Assembly (NCBI RefSeq): GCF_009914755.1
Contig: NC_060927.1
Length of the DNA: 64,000 nucleotides
Strand: one strand, 5' to 3'
Source of the DNA: the human T2T-CHM13v2.0 reference genome, Homo sapiens
Below the pieces are notes generated by a model. That model was not told the origin of the DNA. It worked only from the letters and a program-made list of their open reading frames with translations, and did not search any database. This document shows, piece after piece, positions 11,565-26,400 of the stretch; position 1 is the first letter of the stretch; every line of letters begins with the position of its first letter. The translations under genes were made by a program, and so were the position numbers.

Positions 11565-14453
11565 GTTTCTGAGAATGATTCTGTCTAGTTTGCATACGAA
11601 GATATTTCCTTTTCTACCAGTGGCCTCAAAGCTCTGAAATCTCCACTTGCAAATTCCACAAAAAGAGAGTTTCAAATCTGCTGTTTCTAAAGGAAAGTTC
11701 AACTCTGAGAGTTGAATACACACCAGAAAAAGCAGTTACTGAGAAGTCTTCTGTCTAGCATTATATGAAGAAATCCCATTTCCAACGAAGACTTCAAAGA
11801 GGTCCAAATATCCACTTGCAGATTCTGCAAAAAGAGTGTTTCGAAACAACTGTATGAAAAGAAAGGTTAAACACTGTGAGTTGAACGCACACATTGCAAA
11901 GCAGTTTCTGAGAATGATTCCGTCTAATTATTATACGAAGGTATTTCCTTTTCTATCATTGGCCTCAAAGCGCTTGATACCTCCACCTGAAAATTCCACA
12001 AAAAGAGTGTTTCCAATCTACTCTGTCTAAAGGAACGTTCAACTCTGTGAGTTGAATACACACACAGAAAGAATTCACTGAGAATTCTTCTGTCTGGCAT
12101 TACATGAAGAAATCCCGTTTCCAACGAAGGCCTCAAAGAGGTCCAAATATCCACTTGCAGATTCTGCAAAAAGAGTGTTTCAAAACCGCTCCATTAAAAG
12201 GAATGTTGAACTCTGTGAGTTGAATGCAAACATCACAACTCAGTTTCTGAGAATGCTTCTGACTAGATTTTATGGTAAGATATTTCCTTTTCTACCGTAG
12301 GCTTCAATGCCCTCTAAATACACCCTTGCAAATTCTACAAAGAGACTGTTTCATAACTGCTCTATAGGAAGAAAGGTTCAACTCTGTGAGTTGAATGCAG
12401 AGATCACAACGTGTTTTCTGCGAATGATTCTTTGTAGTTTTTACATGAAGATATTTCGTTGTCAACCGTAGGCTTCAAAGCACTCAAAGTATTCACTTGG
12501 AACTTTTACAAAAAGAGTGTTAGAAAACTGCTCTTTCCAAAGTAAGGTTCAACTCTGTGAGTTGAATGCACACATAACAATCAAGAAGTTTCTGAGAATT
12601 CTTCTGTCCTGGTTTATATGAAAAAATCCCGTTTCCAACGAAGGCCTCAAAGACGTTTAAATATCCACTTGCAGACTTCACAAACAGAGTGTTTCCAAAC
12701 TGCTCTATGAAAAGAAAGGTTAAACTCTGTGAGTTGAACGCACACATCACAAAGTAGTTTCTGAGAATGATACTGTCTAGTTTTTATACGAAGATATTTC
12801 CTTTCTACCATTGGCGTCAAAGCGCTAGAATTCTCCACTTGCAAATTCCACAAAAAGAGTGATTCCAATCTGCTCTGTCTAAAGGAAGGTTCAACTCTGT
12901 GAGTTGAATACACACACACAAAGAAGCTACTGAGAATTCTTTTGTCAAGAATTATAAGAAGAAATCCCGTTTCCAACGAAGGCCTCAAAGAGTTCCAAAT
13001 ATCCACTTGCACACTGCACAAACTAAGTCTTTCCAAACTGCTCTATGCAAAGAAATGTTCAACTCTGTGAGTTTAATACACACATCACAAAGCAGTTTCT
13101 GAGAATGATACTGTCTAGTTTTTATACGAAGATATTTCCTTTTGTACCATTGGCCTCATACTGCTAGAATTTTCCACTTGCAAATTCCACAAAAAGAGTG
13201 TTTCCAATCCGCTCTGTCTAAAGGAAGGTTCAACCCTCTGATTTGAATACATACATCCCAAAAGAAGTTACTGAGAATTCTTCTGTCTAGCATTATGTGA
13301 AGAAATCCCGTTTCCAACGAAAGCCTCAAAGAGGTCCAAATATCCAGTTGCAGAATTTACAAACTGACTGTTTCCAAACTCATCTATGAAAAGAAAGGTT
13401 AAACTCTGTGAGTTGAATGCACATATCACAAAGTAGTTCCTGAGAATGATTCTGTCTAGTTTTCATACGAAGATATTTCCTTTTCCACCAATGGCCTCAA
13501 AGTGCTTGAAATCTCCCCTTGCAAATTCCACAGACAAGTGTTTCAAATCTGCACTGTCTAAAGGAAGGTTCAACCCTGTGAGTTGAATACACACACACAG
13601 AAAAAAATTCACTGAGAATTCTATTGTCTATCATTACACGAAGAAATCCCGTTTACTACGAAGGCCTCAAAGAGGTCCAAATATCCAGCTGCAGACATTA
13701 CAAACTGAGTGTTTCCAAAGTGCTCTATGAAAAGAAGTGTTAAACACTGTGAGTTCAATGCACACATCCCAAAGCAGTTTCTGAGAATGATGCCGTCTAT
13801 TTTTTCTACGAAGATATTTCCTTTTCTGCCGTTGGCCTCAAAGCGCTTGAAATCTCCACTTGCAAATTCCACAAAAAGAGAGTTTCAAATCTGCTCTGTC
13901 TAAAGGAAGGTTCAACTCTGTGAGTTGAATACACACCACAAAAAGAAGTTACTGAGAATTCTTCTGTCTAGCATTATATGAAAAATCCCGTTTCCAACGA
14001 AGGCCACAAAGAGGTCCAAATATCCACTTGCAGATTCTGCAAAAAGAGTGTTTCCAAACTGCTCTATGAAAAGAAACGTTAAACTCTGTGAGTTGAACGC
14101 AAACATCACAAAGTAGTTTCTGAGAATGACTCCGTCTAGTTTTTATACGAAGATATTTCCTTTCCTACCATTCACTTCAAAGCGCTTGAAGTCTCCCCCT
14201 GAAAATTCCACAAAAAGTGTTTCCAATCTGCTCCGCCTAAAGGAAGCTTCAACTCTGTGACTTGAATACCCACAACCCAAAGAAGTTACTGAGAATTCTT
14301 CTGTCTAGCATTATATGAAGAAATCCCGTTTCCAACGAAGGCCTCAAATACATCCAAATATCCAGTTGCTGACTTTACAAACTGAGTGTTTCCAAACTGC
14401 TCTATGAAAAGAAAGGTTAAACACTGTGAGTTGAACACACACGTACCAAAGTA
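11565..14453 (-). repeat. HOR length variant H5, 2889 bp (one CA unit deleted)
   Basis: AATA(CA)4GAAAG at ~12056-12071 versus (CA)5 in other copies; the ORF period from 11836 to 14725 is 2889. Confidence 0.9.
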
Positions 14454-17400
14454 GTTTCTGAGAATGATTCTGTCTAGTTTGCATACGAAGATATTTCCTT
14501 TTCTACCATTGGCCTCAAAGCTCTGAAATCTCCACTTGCAAATTCCACAAAAAGAGAGTTTCAAATCTGCTGTTTCTAAAGGAAAGTTCAACTCTGAGAG
14601 TTGAATACACACCAGAAAAAGCAGTTACTGAGAAGTCTTCTGTCTAGCATTATATGAAGAAACCCCATTTCCAACGAAGACTTCAAAGAGGTCCAAATAT
14701 CCACTTGCAGATTCTGCAAAAAGAGTGTTTCGAAACAACTGTATGAAAAGAAAGGTTAAACACTGTGAGTTGAACGCACACATTGCAAAGCAGTTTCTGA
14801 GAATGATTCCGTCTAATTATTATACGAAGGTATTTCCTTTTCTATCATTGGCCTCAAAGCGCTTGATACCTCCACCTGAAAATTCCACAAAAAGAGTGTT
14901 TCCAATCTACTCTGTCTAAAGGAACGTTCAACTCTGTGAGTTGAATACACACACACAGAAAGAATTCACTGAGAATTCTTCTGTCTGGCATTACATGAAG
15001 AAATCCCGTTTCCAACGAAGGCCTCAAAGAGGTCCAAATATCCACTTGCAGATTCTGCAAAAAGAGTGTTTCAAAACCGCTCCATTAAAAGGAATGTTGA
15101 ACTCTGTGAGTTGAATGCAAACATCACAACTCAGTTTCTGAGAATGCTTCTGACTAGATTTTATGGTAAGATATTTCCTTTTCTACCGTAGGCTTCAATG
15201 CCCTCTAAATACACCCTTGCAAATTCTACAAAGAGACTGTTTCATAACTGCTCTATAGGAGGAAAGGTTCAACTCTGTGAGTTCAATGCAGAGATCACAA
15301 CGTGGTTTCTGCGAATGATTCTTTGTAGTTTTTACATGAAGATATTTCGTTGTCAACCGTAGGCTTCAAAGCACTCAAAGTATTCACTTGGAACTTTTAC
15401 AAAAAGAGTGTTAGAAAACTGCTCTTTCCAAAGTAAGGTTCAACTCTGTGAGTTGAATGCACACATAACAATCAAGAAGTTTCTGAGAATTCTTCTGTCC
15501 TGGTTTATATGAACAAATCCCGTTTCCAACGAAGGCCTCAAAGACGTTTAAATATCCACTTGCAGACTTCACAAACAGAGTGTTTCCAAACTGCTCTATG
15601 AAAAGAAAGGTTAAACTCTGTGAGTTGAACGCACACATCACAAAGTAGTTTCTGAGAATGATACTGTCTAGTTTTTATACGAAGATATTTCCTTTCTACC
15701 ATTGGCGTCAAAGCGCTAGAATTCTCCACTTGCAAATTCCACAAAAAGAGTGTTTCCAATCTGCTCTGTCTAAAGGAAGGTTCAACTCTGTGAGTTGAAT
15801 ACACACACACAAAGAAGCTACTGAGAATTCTTTTGTCAAGAATTATAAGAAGAAATCCCGTTTCCAACGAAGGCCTCAAAGAGTTCCAAATATCCACTTG
15901 CACACTGCACAAACTAAGTCTTTCCAAACTGCTCTATGCAAAGAAATGTTCAACTCTGTGAGTTTAATACACACATCACAAAGCAGTTTCTGAGAATGAT
16001 ACTGTCTAGTTTTTATACGAAGATATTTCCTTTTGTACCATTGGCCTCATACTGCTAGAATTTTCCACTTGCAAATTCCACAAAGAGAGTGTTTCCAATC
16101 CGCTCTGTCTAAAGGAAGGTTCAACTCTCTGATTTGAATACATACATCCCAAAAGAAGTTACTGAGAATTCTTCTGTCTAGCATTATGTGAAGAAATCCC
16201 GTTTCCAACGAAAGCCTCAAAGAGGTCCAAATATCCAGTTGCAGAATTTACAAACTGACTGTTTCCAAACTCATCTATGAAAAGAAAGGTTAAACTCTGT
16301 GAGTTGAATGCACATATCACAAAGTAGTTCCTGAGAATGATTCTGTCTAGTTTTTATACGAAGATATTTCCTTTTCCACCAATGGCCTCAAAGTGCTTGA
16401 AATCTCCCCTTGCAAATTCCACAGACAAGTGTTTCAAATCTGCACTGTCTAAAGGAAGGTTCAACCCTGTGAGTTGAATACACACACACAGAAAAAAATT
16501 CACTGAGAATTCTATTGTCTATCATTACACGAAGAAATCCCGTTTACTACGAAGGCCTCAAAGAGGTCCAAATATCCAGCTGCAGACATTACAAACTGAG
16601 TGTTTCCAAAGTGCTCTATGAAAAGAAGTGTTAAACACTGTGAGTTCAATGCACACATCCCAAAGCAGTTTCTGAGAATGATTCCGTCTATTTTTTCTAC
16701 GAAGATATTTCCTTTTCTGCCGTTGGCCTCAAAGCGCTTGAAATCTCCACTTGCAAATTCCACAAAAAGAGAGTTTCAAATCTGCTCTGTCTAAAGGAAG
16801 GTTCAACTCTGTGAGTTGAATACACACCACAAAAAGAAGTTACTGAGAATTCTTCTGTCTAGCATTATATGAAAAATCCCGTTTCCAACGAAGGCCACAA
16901 AGAGGTCCAAATATCCACTTGCAGATTCTGCAAAAAGAGTGTTTCCAAACTGCTCTATGAAAAGAAACGTTAAACTCTGTGAGTTGAACGCAAACATCAC
17001 AAAGTAGTTTCTGAGAATGACTCCGTCTAGTTTTTATACGAAGATATTTCCTTTCCTACCATTCACTTCAAAGCGCTTGAAGTCTCCCCCTGAAAATTCC
17101 ACAAAAAGTGTTTCCAATCTGCTCCGCCTAAAGGAAGCTTCAACTCTGTGAGTTGAATACCCACAACCCAAAGAAGTTACTGAGAATTCTTCTGTCTAGC
17201 ATTATATGAAGAAATCCCGTTTCCAACGAAGGCCTCAAATACATCCAAATATCCAGTTGCTGACTTTACAAACTGAGTGTTTCCAAACTGCTCTATGAAA
17301 AGAAAGGTTAAACACTGTGAGTTGAACACACACGTACCAAAGTAGTTTCTGAGAATGATTCTGTCTAGTTTGCATACGAAGATATTTCCTTTTCTACCAT

Positions 17401-20400
17401 TGGCCTCAAAGCTCTGAAATCTCCACTTGCAAATTCCACAAAAAGAGAGTTTCAAATCTGCTGTTTCTAAAGGAAAGTTCAACTCTGAGAGTTGAATACA
17501 CACCAGAAAAAGCAGTTACTGAGAAGTCTTCTGTCTAGCATTATATGAAGAAATCCCATTTCCAACGAAGACTTCAAAGAGGTCCAAATATCCACTTGCA
17601 GATTCTGCAAAAAGAGTGTTTCGAAACAACTGTATGAAAAGAAAGGTTAAACACTGTGAGTTGAACGCACACATTGCAAAGCAGTTTCTGAGAATGATTC
17701 CGTCTAATTATTATACGAAGGTATTTCCTTTTCTATCATTGGCCTCAAAGCGCTTGATACCTCCACCTGAAAATTCCACAAAAAGAGTGTTTCCAATCTA
17801 CTCTGTCTAAAGGAACGTTCAACTCTGTGAGTTGAATACACACACACAGAAAGAATTCACTGAGAATTCTTCTGTCTGGCATTACATGAAGAAATCCCGT
17901 TTCCAACGAAGGCCTCAAAGAGGTCCAAATATCCACTTGCAGATTCTGCAAAAAGAGTGTTTCAAAACCGCTCCATTAAAAGGAATGTTGAACTCTGTGA
18001 GTTGAATGCAAACATCACAACTCAGTTTCTGAGAATGCTTCTGACTAGATTTTATGGTAAGATATTTCCTTTTCTACCGTAGGCTTCAATGCCCTCTAAA
18101 TACACCCTTGCAAATTCTACAAAGAGACTGTTTCATAACTGCTCTATAGGAAGAAAGGTTCAACTCTGTGAGTTGAATGCAGAGATCACAACGTGGTTTC
18201 TGCAAATGATTCTTTGTAGTTTTTACATGAAGATATTTCGTTGTCAACCGTAGGCTTCAAAGCACTCAAAGTATTCACTTGGAACTTTTACAAAAAGAGT
18301 GTTAGAAAACTGCTCTTTCCAAAGTAAGGTTCAACTCTGTGAGTTGAATGCACACATAACAATCAAGAAGTTTCTGAGAATTCTTCTGTCCTGGTTTATA
18401 TGAACAAATCCCGTTTCCAACGAAGGCCTCAAAGACGTTTAAATATCCACTTGCAGACTTCACAAACAGAGTGTTTCCAAACTGCTCTATGAAAAGAAAG
18501 GTTAAACTCTGTGAGTTGAACGCACACATCACAAAGTAGTTTCTGAGAATGATACTGTCTAGTTTTTATACGAAGATATTTCCTTTCTACCATTGGCGTC
18601 AAAGCGCTAGAATTCTCCACTTGCAAATTCCACAAAAAGAGTGTTTCCAATCTGCTCTGTCTAAAGGAAGGTTCAACTCTGTGAGTTGAATACACACACA
18701 CAAAGAAGCTACTGAGAATTCTTTTGTCAAGAATTATAAGAAGAAATCCCGTTTCCAACGAAGGCCTCAAAGAGTTCCAAATATCCACTTGCACACTGCA
18801 CAAACTAAGTCTTTCCAAACTGCTCTATGCAAAGAAATGTTCAACTCTGTGAGTTTAATACACACATCACAAAGCAGTTTCTGAGAATGATACTGTCTAG
18901 TTTTTATACGAAGATATTTCCTTTTGTACCATTGGCCTCATACTGCTAGAATTTTCCACTTGCAAATTCCACAAAGAGAGTGTTTCCAATCCGCTCTGTC
19001 TAAAGGAAGGTTCAACTCTCTGATTTGAATACATACATCCCAAAAGAAGTTACTGAGAATTCTTCTGTCTAGCATTATGTGAAGAAATCCCGTTTCCAAC
19101 GAAAGCCTCAAAGAGGTCCAAATATCCAGTTGCAGAATTTACAAACTGACTGTTTCCAAACTCATCTATGAAAAGAAAGGTTAAACTCTGTGAGTTGAAT
19201 GCACATATCACAAAGTAGTTCCTGAGAATGATTCTGTCTAGTTTTTATACGAAGATATTTCCTTTTCCACCAATGGCCTCAAAGTGCTTGAAATCTCCCC
19301 TTGCAAATTCCACAGACAAGTGTTTCAAATCTGCACTGTCTAAAGGAAGGTTCAACCCTGTGAGTTGAATACACACACACAGAAAAAAATTCACTGAGAA
19401 TTCTATTGTCTATCATTACACGAAGAAATCCCGTTTACTACGAAGGCCTCAAAGAGGTCCAAATATCCAGCTGCAGACATTACAAACTGAGTGTTTCCAA
19501 AGTGCTCTATGAAAAGAAGTGTTAAACACTGTGAGTTCAATGCACACATCCCAAAGCAGTTTCTGAGAATGATTCCGTCTATTTTTTCTACGAAGATATT
19601 TCCTTTTCTGCCGTTGGCCTCAAAGCGCTTGAAATCTCCACTTGCAAATTCCACAAAAAGAGAGTTTCAAATCTGCTCTGTCTAAAGGAAGGTTCAACTC
19701 TGTGAGTTGAATACACACCACAAAAAGAAGTTACTGAGAATTCTTCTGTCTAGCATTATATGAAAAATCCCGTTTCCAACGAAGGCCACAAAGAGGTCCA
19801 AATATCCACTTGCAGATTCTGCAAAAAGAGTGTTTCCAAACTGCTCTATGTAAAGAAACGTTAAACTCTGTGAGTTGAACGCAAACATCACAAAGTAGTT
19901 TCTGAGAATGACTCCGTCTAGTTTTTATACGAAGATATTTCCTTTCCTACCATTCACTTCAAAGCGCTTGAAGTCTCCCCCTGAAAATTCCACAAAAAGT
20001 GTTTCCAATCTGCTCCGCCTAAAGGAAGCTTCAACTCTGTGAGTTGAATACCCACAACCCAAAGAAGTTACTGAGAATTCTTCTGTCTAGCATTATATGA
20101 AGAAATCCCGTTTCCAACGAAGGCCTCAAATACATCCAAATATCCAGTTGCTGACTTTACAAACTGAGTGTTTCCAAACTGCTCTATGAAAAGAAAGGTT
20201 AAACACTGTGAGTTGAACACACACGTACCAAAGTAGTTTCTGAGAATGATTCTGTCTAGTTTGCATACGAAGATATTTCCTTTTCTACCAGTGGCCTCAA
20301 AGCTCTGAAATCTCCACTTGCAAATTCCACAAAAAGAGAGTTTCAAATCTGCTGTTTCTAAAGGAAAGTTCAACTCGGAGAGTTGAATACACACCAGAAA

Positions 20401-23400
20401 AAGCAGTTACTGAGAAGTCTTCTGTCTAGCATTATATGAAGAAATCCCATTTCCAACGAAGACTTCAAAGAGGTCCAAATATCCACTTGCAGATTCTGCA
20501 AAAAGAGTGTTTCGAAACAACTGTATGAAAAGAAAGGTTAAACACTGTGAGTTGAACGCACACATTGCAAAGCAGTTTCTGAGAATGATTCCGTCTAATT
20601 ATTATACGAAGGTATTTCCTTTTCTATCATTGGCCTCAAAGCGCTTGATACCTCCACCTGAAAATTCCACAAAAAGAGTGTTTCCAATCTACTCTGTCTA
20701 AAGGAACGTTCAACTCTGTGAGTTGAATACACACACACAGAAAGAATTCACTGAGAATTCTTCTGTCTGGCATTACATGAAGAAATCCCGTTTCCAACGA
20801 AGGCCTCAAAGAGGTCCAAATATCCACTTGCAGATTCTGCAAAAAGAGTGTTTCAAAACCGCTCCATTAAAAGGAATGTTGAACTCTGTGAGTTGAATGC
20901 AAACATCACAACTCAGTTTCTGAGAATGCTTCTGACTAGATTTTATGGTAAGATATTTCCTTTTCTACCGTAGGCTTCAATGCCCTCTAAATACACCCTT
21001 GCAAATTCTACAAAGAGACTGTTTCATAACTGCTCTATAGGAGGAAAGGTTCAACTCTGTGAGTTCAATGCAGAGATCACAACGTGGTTTCTGCGAATGA
21101 TTCTTTGTAGTTTTTACATGAAGATATTTCGTTGTCAACCGTAGGCTTCAAAGCACTCAAAGTATTCACTTGGAACTTTTACAAAAAGAGTGTTAGAAAA
21201 CTGCTCTTTCCAAAGTAAGGTTCAACTCTGTGAGTTGAATGCACACATAACAATCAAGAAGTTTCTGAGAATTCTTCTGTCCTGGTTTATATGAACAAAT
21301 CCCGTTTCCAACGAAGGCCTCAAAGACGTTTAAATATCCACTTGCAGACTTCACAAACAGAGTGTTTCCAAACTGCTCTATGAAAAGAAAGGTTAAACTC
21401 TGTGAGTTGAACGCACACATCACAAAGTAGTTTCTGAGAATGATACTGTCTAGTTTTTATACGAAGATATTTCCTTTCTACCATTGGCGTCAAAGCGCTA
21501 GAATTCTCCACTTGCAAATTCCACAAAAAGAGTGTTTCCAATCTGCTCTGTCTAAAGGAAGGTTCAACTCTGTGAGTTGAATACACACACACAAAGAAGC
21601 TACTGAGAATTCTTTTGTCAAGAATTATAAGAAGAAATCCCGTTTCCAACGAAGGCCTCAAAGAGTTCCAAATATCCACTTGCACACTGCACAAACTAAG
21701 TCTTTCCAAACTGCTCTATGCAAAGAAATGTTCAACTCTGTGAGTTTAATACGCACATCACAAAGCAGTTTCTGAGAATGATACTGTCTAGTTTTTATAC
21801 GAAGATATTTCCTTTTGTACCATTGGCCTCATACTGCTAGAATTTTCCACTTGCAAATTCCACAAAGAGAGTGTTTCCAATCCGCTCTGTCTAAAGGAAG
21901 GTTCAACTCTCTGATTTGAATACATACATCCCAAAAGAAGTTACTGAGAATTCTTCTGTCTAGCATTATGTGAAGAAATCCCGTTTCCAACGAAAGCCTC
22001 AAAGAGGTCCAAATATCCAGTTGCAGAATTTACAAACTGACTGTTTCCAAACTCATCTATGAAAAGAAAGGTTAAACTCTGTGAGTTGAATGCACATATC
22101 ACAAAGTAGTTCCTGAGAATGATTCTGTCTAGTTTTTATACGAAGATATTTCCTTTTCCACCAATGGCCTCAAAGTGCTTGAAATCTCCCCTTGCAAATT
22201 CCACAGACAAGTGTTTCAAATCTGCACTGTCTAAAGGAAGGTTCAACCCTGTGAGTTGAATACACACACACAGAAAAAAATTCACTGAGAATTCTATTGT
22301 CTATCATTACACAAAGAAATCCCGTTTACTACGAAGGCCTCAAAGAGGTCCAAATATCCAGCTGCAGACATTACAAACTGAGTGTTTCCAAAGTGCTCTA
22401 TGAAAAGAAGTGTTAAACACTGTGAGTTCAATGCACACATCCCAAAGCAGTTTCTGAGAATGATTCCGTCTATTTTTTCTACGAAGATATTTCCTTTTCT
22501 GCCGTTGGCCTCAAAGCGCTTGAAATCTCCACTTGCAAATTCCACAAAAAGAGAGTTTCAAATCTGCTCTGTCTAAAGGAAGGTTCAACTCTGTGAGTTG
22601 AATACACACCACAAAAAGAAGTTACTGAGAATTCTTCTGTCTAGCATTATATGAAAAATCCCGTTTCCAACGAAGGCCACAAAGAGGTCCAAATATCCAC
22701 TTGCAGATTCTGCAAAAAGAGTGTTTCCAAACTGCTCTATGTAAAGAAACGTTAAACTCTGTGAGTTGAACGCAAACATCACAAAGTAGTTTCTGAGAAT
22801 GACTCCGTCTAGTTTTTATACGAAGATATTTCCTTTCCTACCATTCACTTCAAAGCGCTTGAAGTCTCCCCCTGAAAATTCCACAAAAAGTGTTTCCAAT
22901 CTGCTCCGCCTAAAGGAAGCTTCAACTCTGTGAGTTGAATACCCACAACCCAAAGAAGTTACTGAGAATTCTTCTGTCTAGCATTATATGAAGAAATCCC
23001 GTTTCCAACGAAGGCCTCAAATACATCCAAATATCCAGTTGCTGACTTTACAAACTGAGTGTTTCCAAACTGCTCTATGAAAAGAAAGGTTAAACACTGT
23101 GAGTTGAACACACACGTACCAAAGTAGTTTCTGAGAATGATTCTGTCTAGTTTGCATACGAAGATATTTCCTTTTCTACCAGTGGCCTCAAAGCTCTGAA
23201 ATCTCCACTTGCAAATTCCACAAAAAGAGAGTTTCAAATCTGCTGTTTCTAAAGGAAAGTTCAACTCGGAGAGTTGAATACACACCAGAAAAAGCAGTTA
23301 CTGAGAAGTCTTCTGTCTAGCATTATATGAAGAAATCCCATTTCCAACGAAGACTTCAAAGAGGTCCAAATATCCACTTGCAGATTCTGCAAAAAGAGTG

Positions 23401-26400
23401 TTTCGAAACAACTGTATGAAAAGAAAGGTTAAACACTGTGAGTTGAACGCACACATTGCAAAGCAGTTTCTGAGAATGATTCCGTCTAATTATTATACGA
23501 AGGTATTTCCTTTTCTATCATTGGCCTCAAAGCGCTTGATACCTCCACCTGAAAATTCCACAAAAAGAGTGTTTCCAATCTACTCTGTCTAAAGGAACGT
23601 TCAACTCTGTGAGTTGAATACACACACACAGAAAGAATTCACTGAGAATTCTTCTGTCTGGCATTACATGAAGAAATCCCGTTTCCAACGAAGGCCTCAA
23701 AGAGGTCCAAATATCCACTTGCAGATTCTGCAAAAAGAGTGTTTCAAAACCGCTCCATTAAAAGGAATGTTGAACTCTGTGAGTTGAATGCAAACATCAC
23801 AACTCAGTTTCTGAGAATGCTTCTGACTAGATTTTATGGTAAGATATTTCCTTTTCTACCGTAGGCTTCAATGCCCTCTAAATACACCCTTGCAAATTCT
23901 ACAAAGAGACTGTTTCATAACTGCTCTATAGGAGGAAAGGTTCAACTCTGTGAGTTCAATGCAGAGATCACAACGTGGTTTCTGCGAATGATTCTTTGTA
24001 GTTTTTACATGAAGATATTTCGTTGTCAACCGTAGGCTTCAAAGCACTCAAAGTATTCACTTGGAACTTTTACAAAAAGAGTGTTAGAAAACTGCTCTTT
24101 CCAAAGTAAGGTTCAACTCTGTGAGTTGAATGCACACATAACAATCAAGAAGTTTCTGAGAATTCTTCTGTCCTGGTTTATATGAACAAATCCCGTTTCC
24201 AACGAAGGCCTCAAAGACGTTTAAATATCCACTTGCAGACTTCACAAACAGAGTGTTTCCAAACTGCTCTATGAAAAGAAAGGTTAAACTCTGTGAGTTG
24301 AACGCACACATCACAAAGTAGTTTCTGAGAATGATACTGTCTAGTTTTTATACGAAGATATTTCCTTTCTACCATTGGCGTCAAAGCGCTAGAATTCTCC
24401 ACTTGCAAATTCCACAAAAAGAGTGTTTCCAATCTGCTCTGTCTAAAGGAAGGTTCAACTCTGTGAGTTGAATACACACACACAAAGAAGCTACTGAGAA
24501 TTCTTTTGTCAAGAATTATAAGAAGAAATCCCGTTTCCAACGAAGGCCTCAAAGAGTTCCAAATATCCACTTGCACACTGCACAAACTAAGTCTTTCCAA
24601 ACTGCTCTATGCAAAGAAATGTTCAACTCTGTGAGTTTAATACACACATCACAAAGCAGTTTCTGAGAATGATACTGTCTAGTTTTTATACGAAGATATT
24701 TCCTTTTGTACCATTGGCCTCATACTGCTAGAATTTTCCACTTGCAAATTCCACAAAGAGAGTGTTTCCAATCCGCTCTGTCTAAAGGAAGGTTCAACTC
24801 TCTGATTTGAATACATACATCCCAAAAGAAGTTACTGAGAATTCTTCTGTCTAGCATTATGTGAAGAAATCCCGTTTCCAACGAAAGCCTCAAAGAGGTC
24901 CAAATATCCAGTTGCAGAATTTACAAACTGACTGTTTCCAAACTCATCTATGAAAAGAAAGGTTAAACTCTGTGAGTTGAATGCACATATCACAAAGTAG
25001 TTCCTGAGAATGATTCTGTCTAGTTTTTATACGAAGATATTTCCTTTTCCACCAATGGCCTCAAAGTGCTTGAAATCTCCCCTTGCAAATTCCACAGACA
25101 AGTGTTTCAAATCTGCACTGTCTAAAGGAAGGTTCAACCCTGTGAGTTGAATACACACACACAGAAAAAAATTCACTGAGAATTCTATTGTCTATCATTA
25201 CACGAAGAAATCCCGTTTACTACGAAGGCCTCAAAGAGGTCCAAATATCCAGCTGCAGACATTACAAACTGAGTGTTTCCAAAGTGCTCTATGAAAAGAA
25301 GTGTTAAACACTGTGAGTTCAATGCACACATCCCAAAGCAGTTTCTGAGAATGATTCCGTCTATTTTTTCTACGAAGATATTTCCTTTTCTGCCGTTGGC
25401 CTCAAAGCGCTTGAAATCTCCACTTGCAAATTCCACAAAAAGAGAGTTTCAAATCTGCTCTGTCTAAAGGAAGGTTCAACTCTGTGAGTTGAATACACAC
25501 CACAAAAAGAAGTTACTGAGAATTCTTCTGTCTAGCATTATATGAAAAATCCCGTTTCCAACGAAGGCCACAAAGAGGTCCAAATATCCACTTGCAGATT
25601 CTGCAAAAAGAGTGTTTCCAAACTGCTCTATGAAAAGAAACGTTAAACTCTGTGAGTTGAACGCAAACATCACAAAGTAGTTTCTGAGAATGACTCCGTC
25701 TAGTTTTTATACGAAGATATTTCCTTTCCTACCATTCACTTCAAAGCGCTTGAAGTCTCCCCCTGAAAATTCCACAAAAAGTGTTTCCAATCTGCTCCGC
25801 CTAAAGGAAGCTTCAACTCTGTGAGTTGAATACCCACAACCCAAAGAAGTTACTGAGAATTCTTCTGTCTAGCATTATATGAAGAAATCCCGTTTCCAAC
25901 GAAGGCCTCAAATACATCCAAATATCCAGTTGCTGACTTTACAAACTGAGTGTTTCCAAACTGCTCTATGAAAAGAAAGGTTAAACACTGTGAGTTGAAC
26001 ACACACGTACCAAAGTAGTTTCTGAGAATGATTCTGTCTAGTTTGCATACGAAGATATTTCCTTTTCTACCATTGGCCTCAAAGCTCTGAAATCTCCACT
26101 TGCAAATTCCACAAAAAGAGAGTTTCAAATCTGCTGTTTCTAAAGGAAAGTTCAACTCTGAGAGTTGAATACACACCAGAAAAAGCAGTTACTGAGAAGT
26201 CTTCTGTCTAGCATTATATGAAGAAATCCCATTTCCAACGAAGACTTCAAAGAGGTCCAAATATCCACTTGCAGATTCTGCAAAAAGAGTGTTTCGAAAC
26301 AACTGTATGAAAAGAAAGGTTAAACACTGTGAGTTGAACGCACACATTGCAAAGCAGTTTCTGAGAATGATTCCGTCTAATTATTATACGAAGGTATTTC

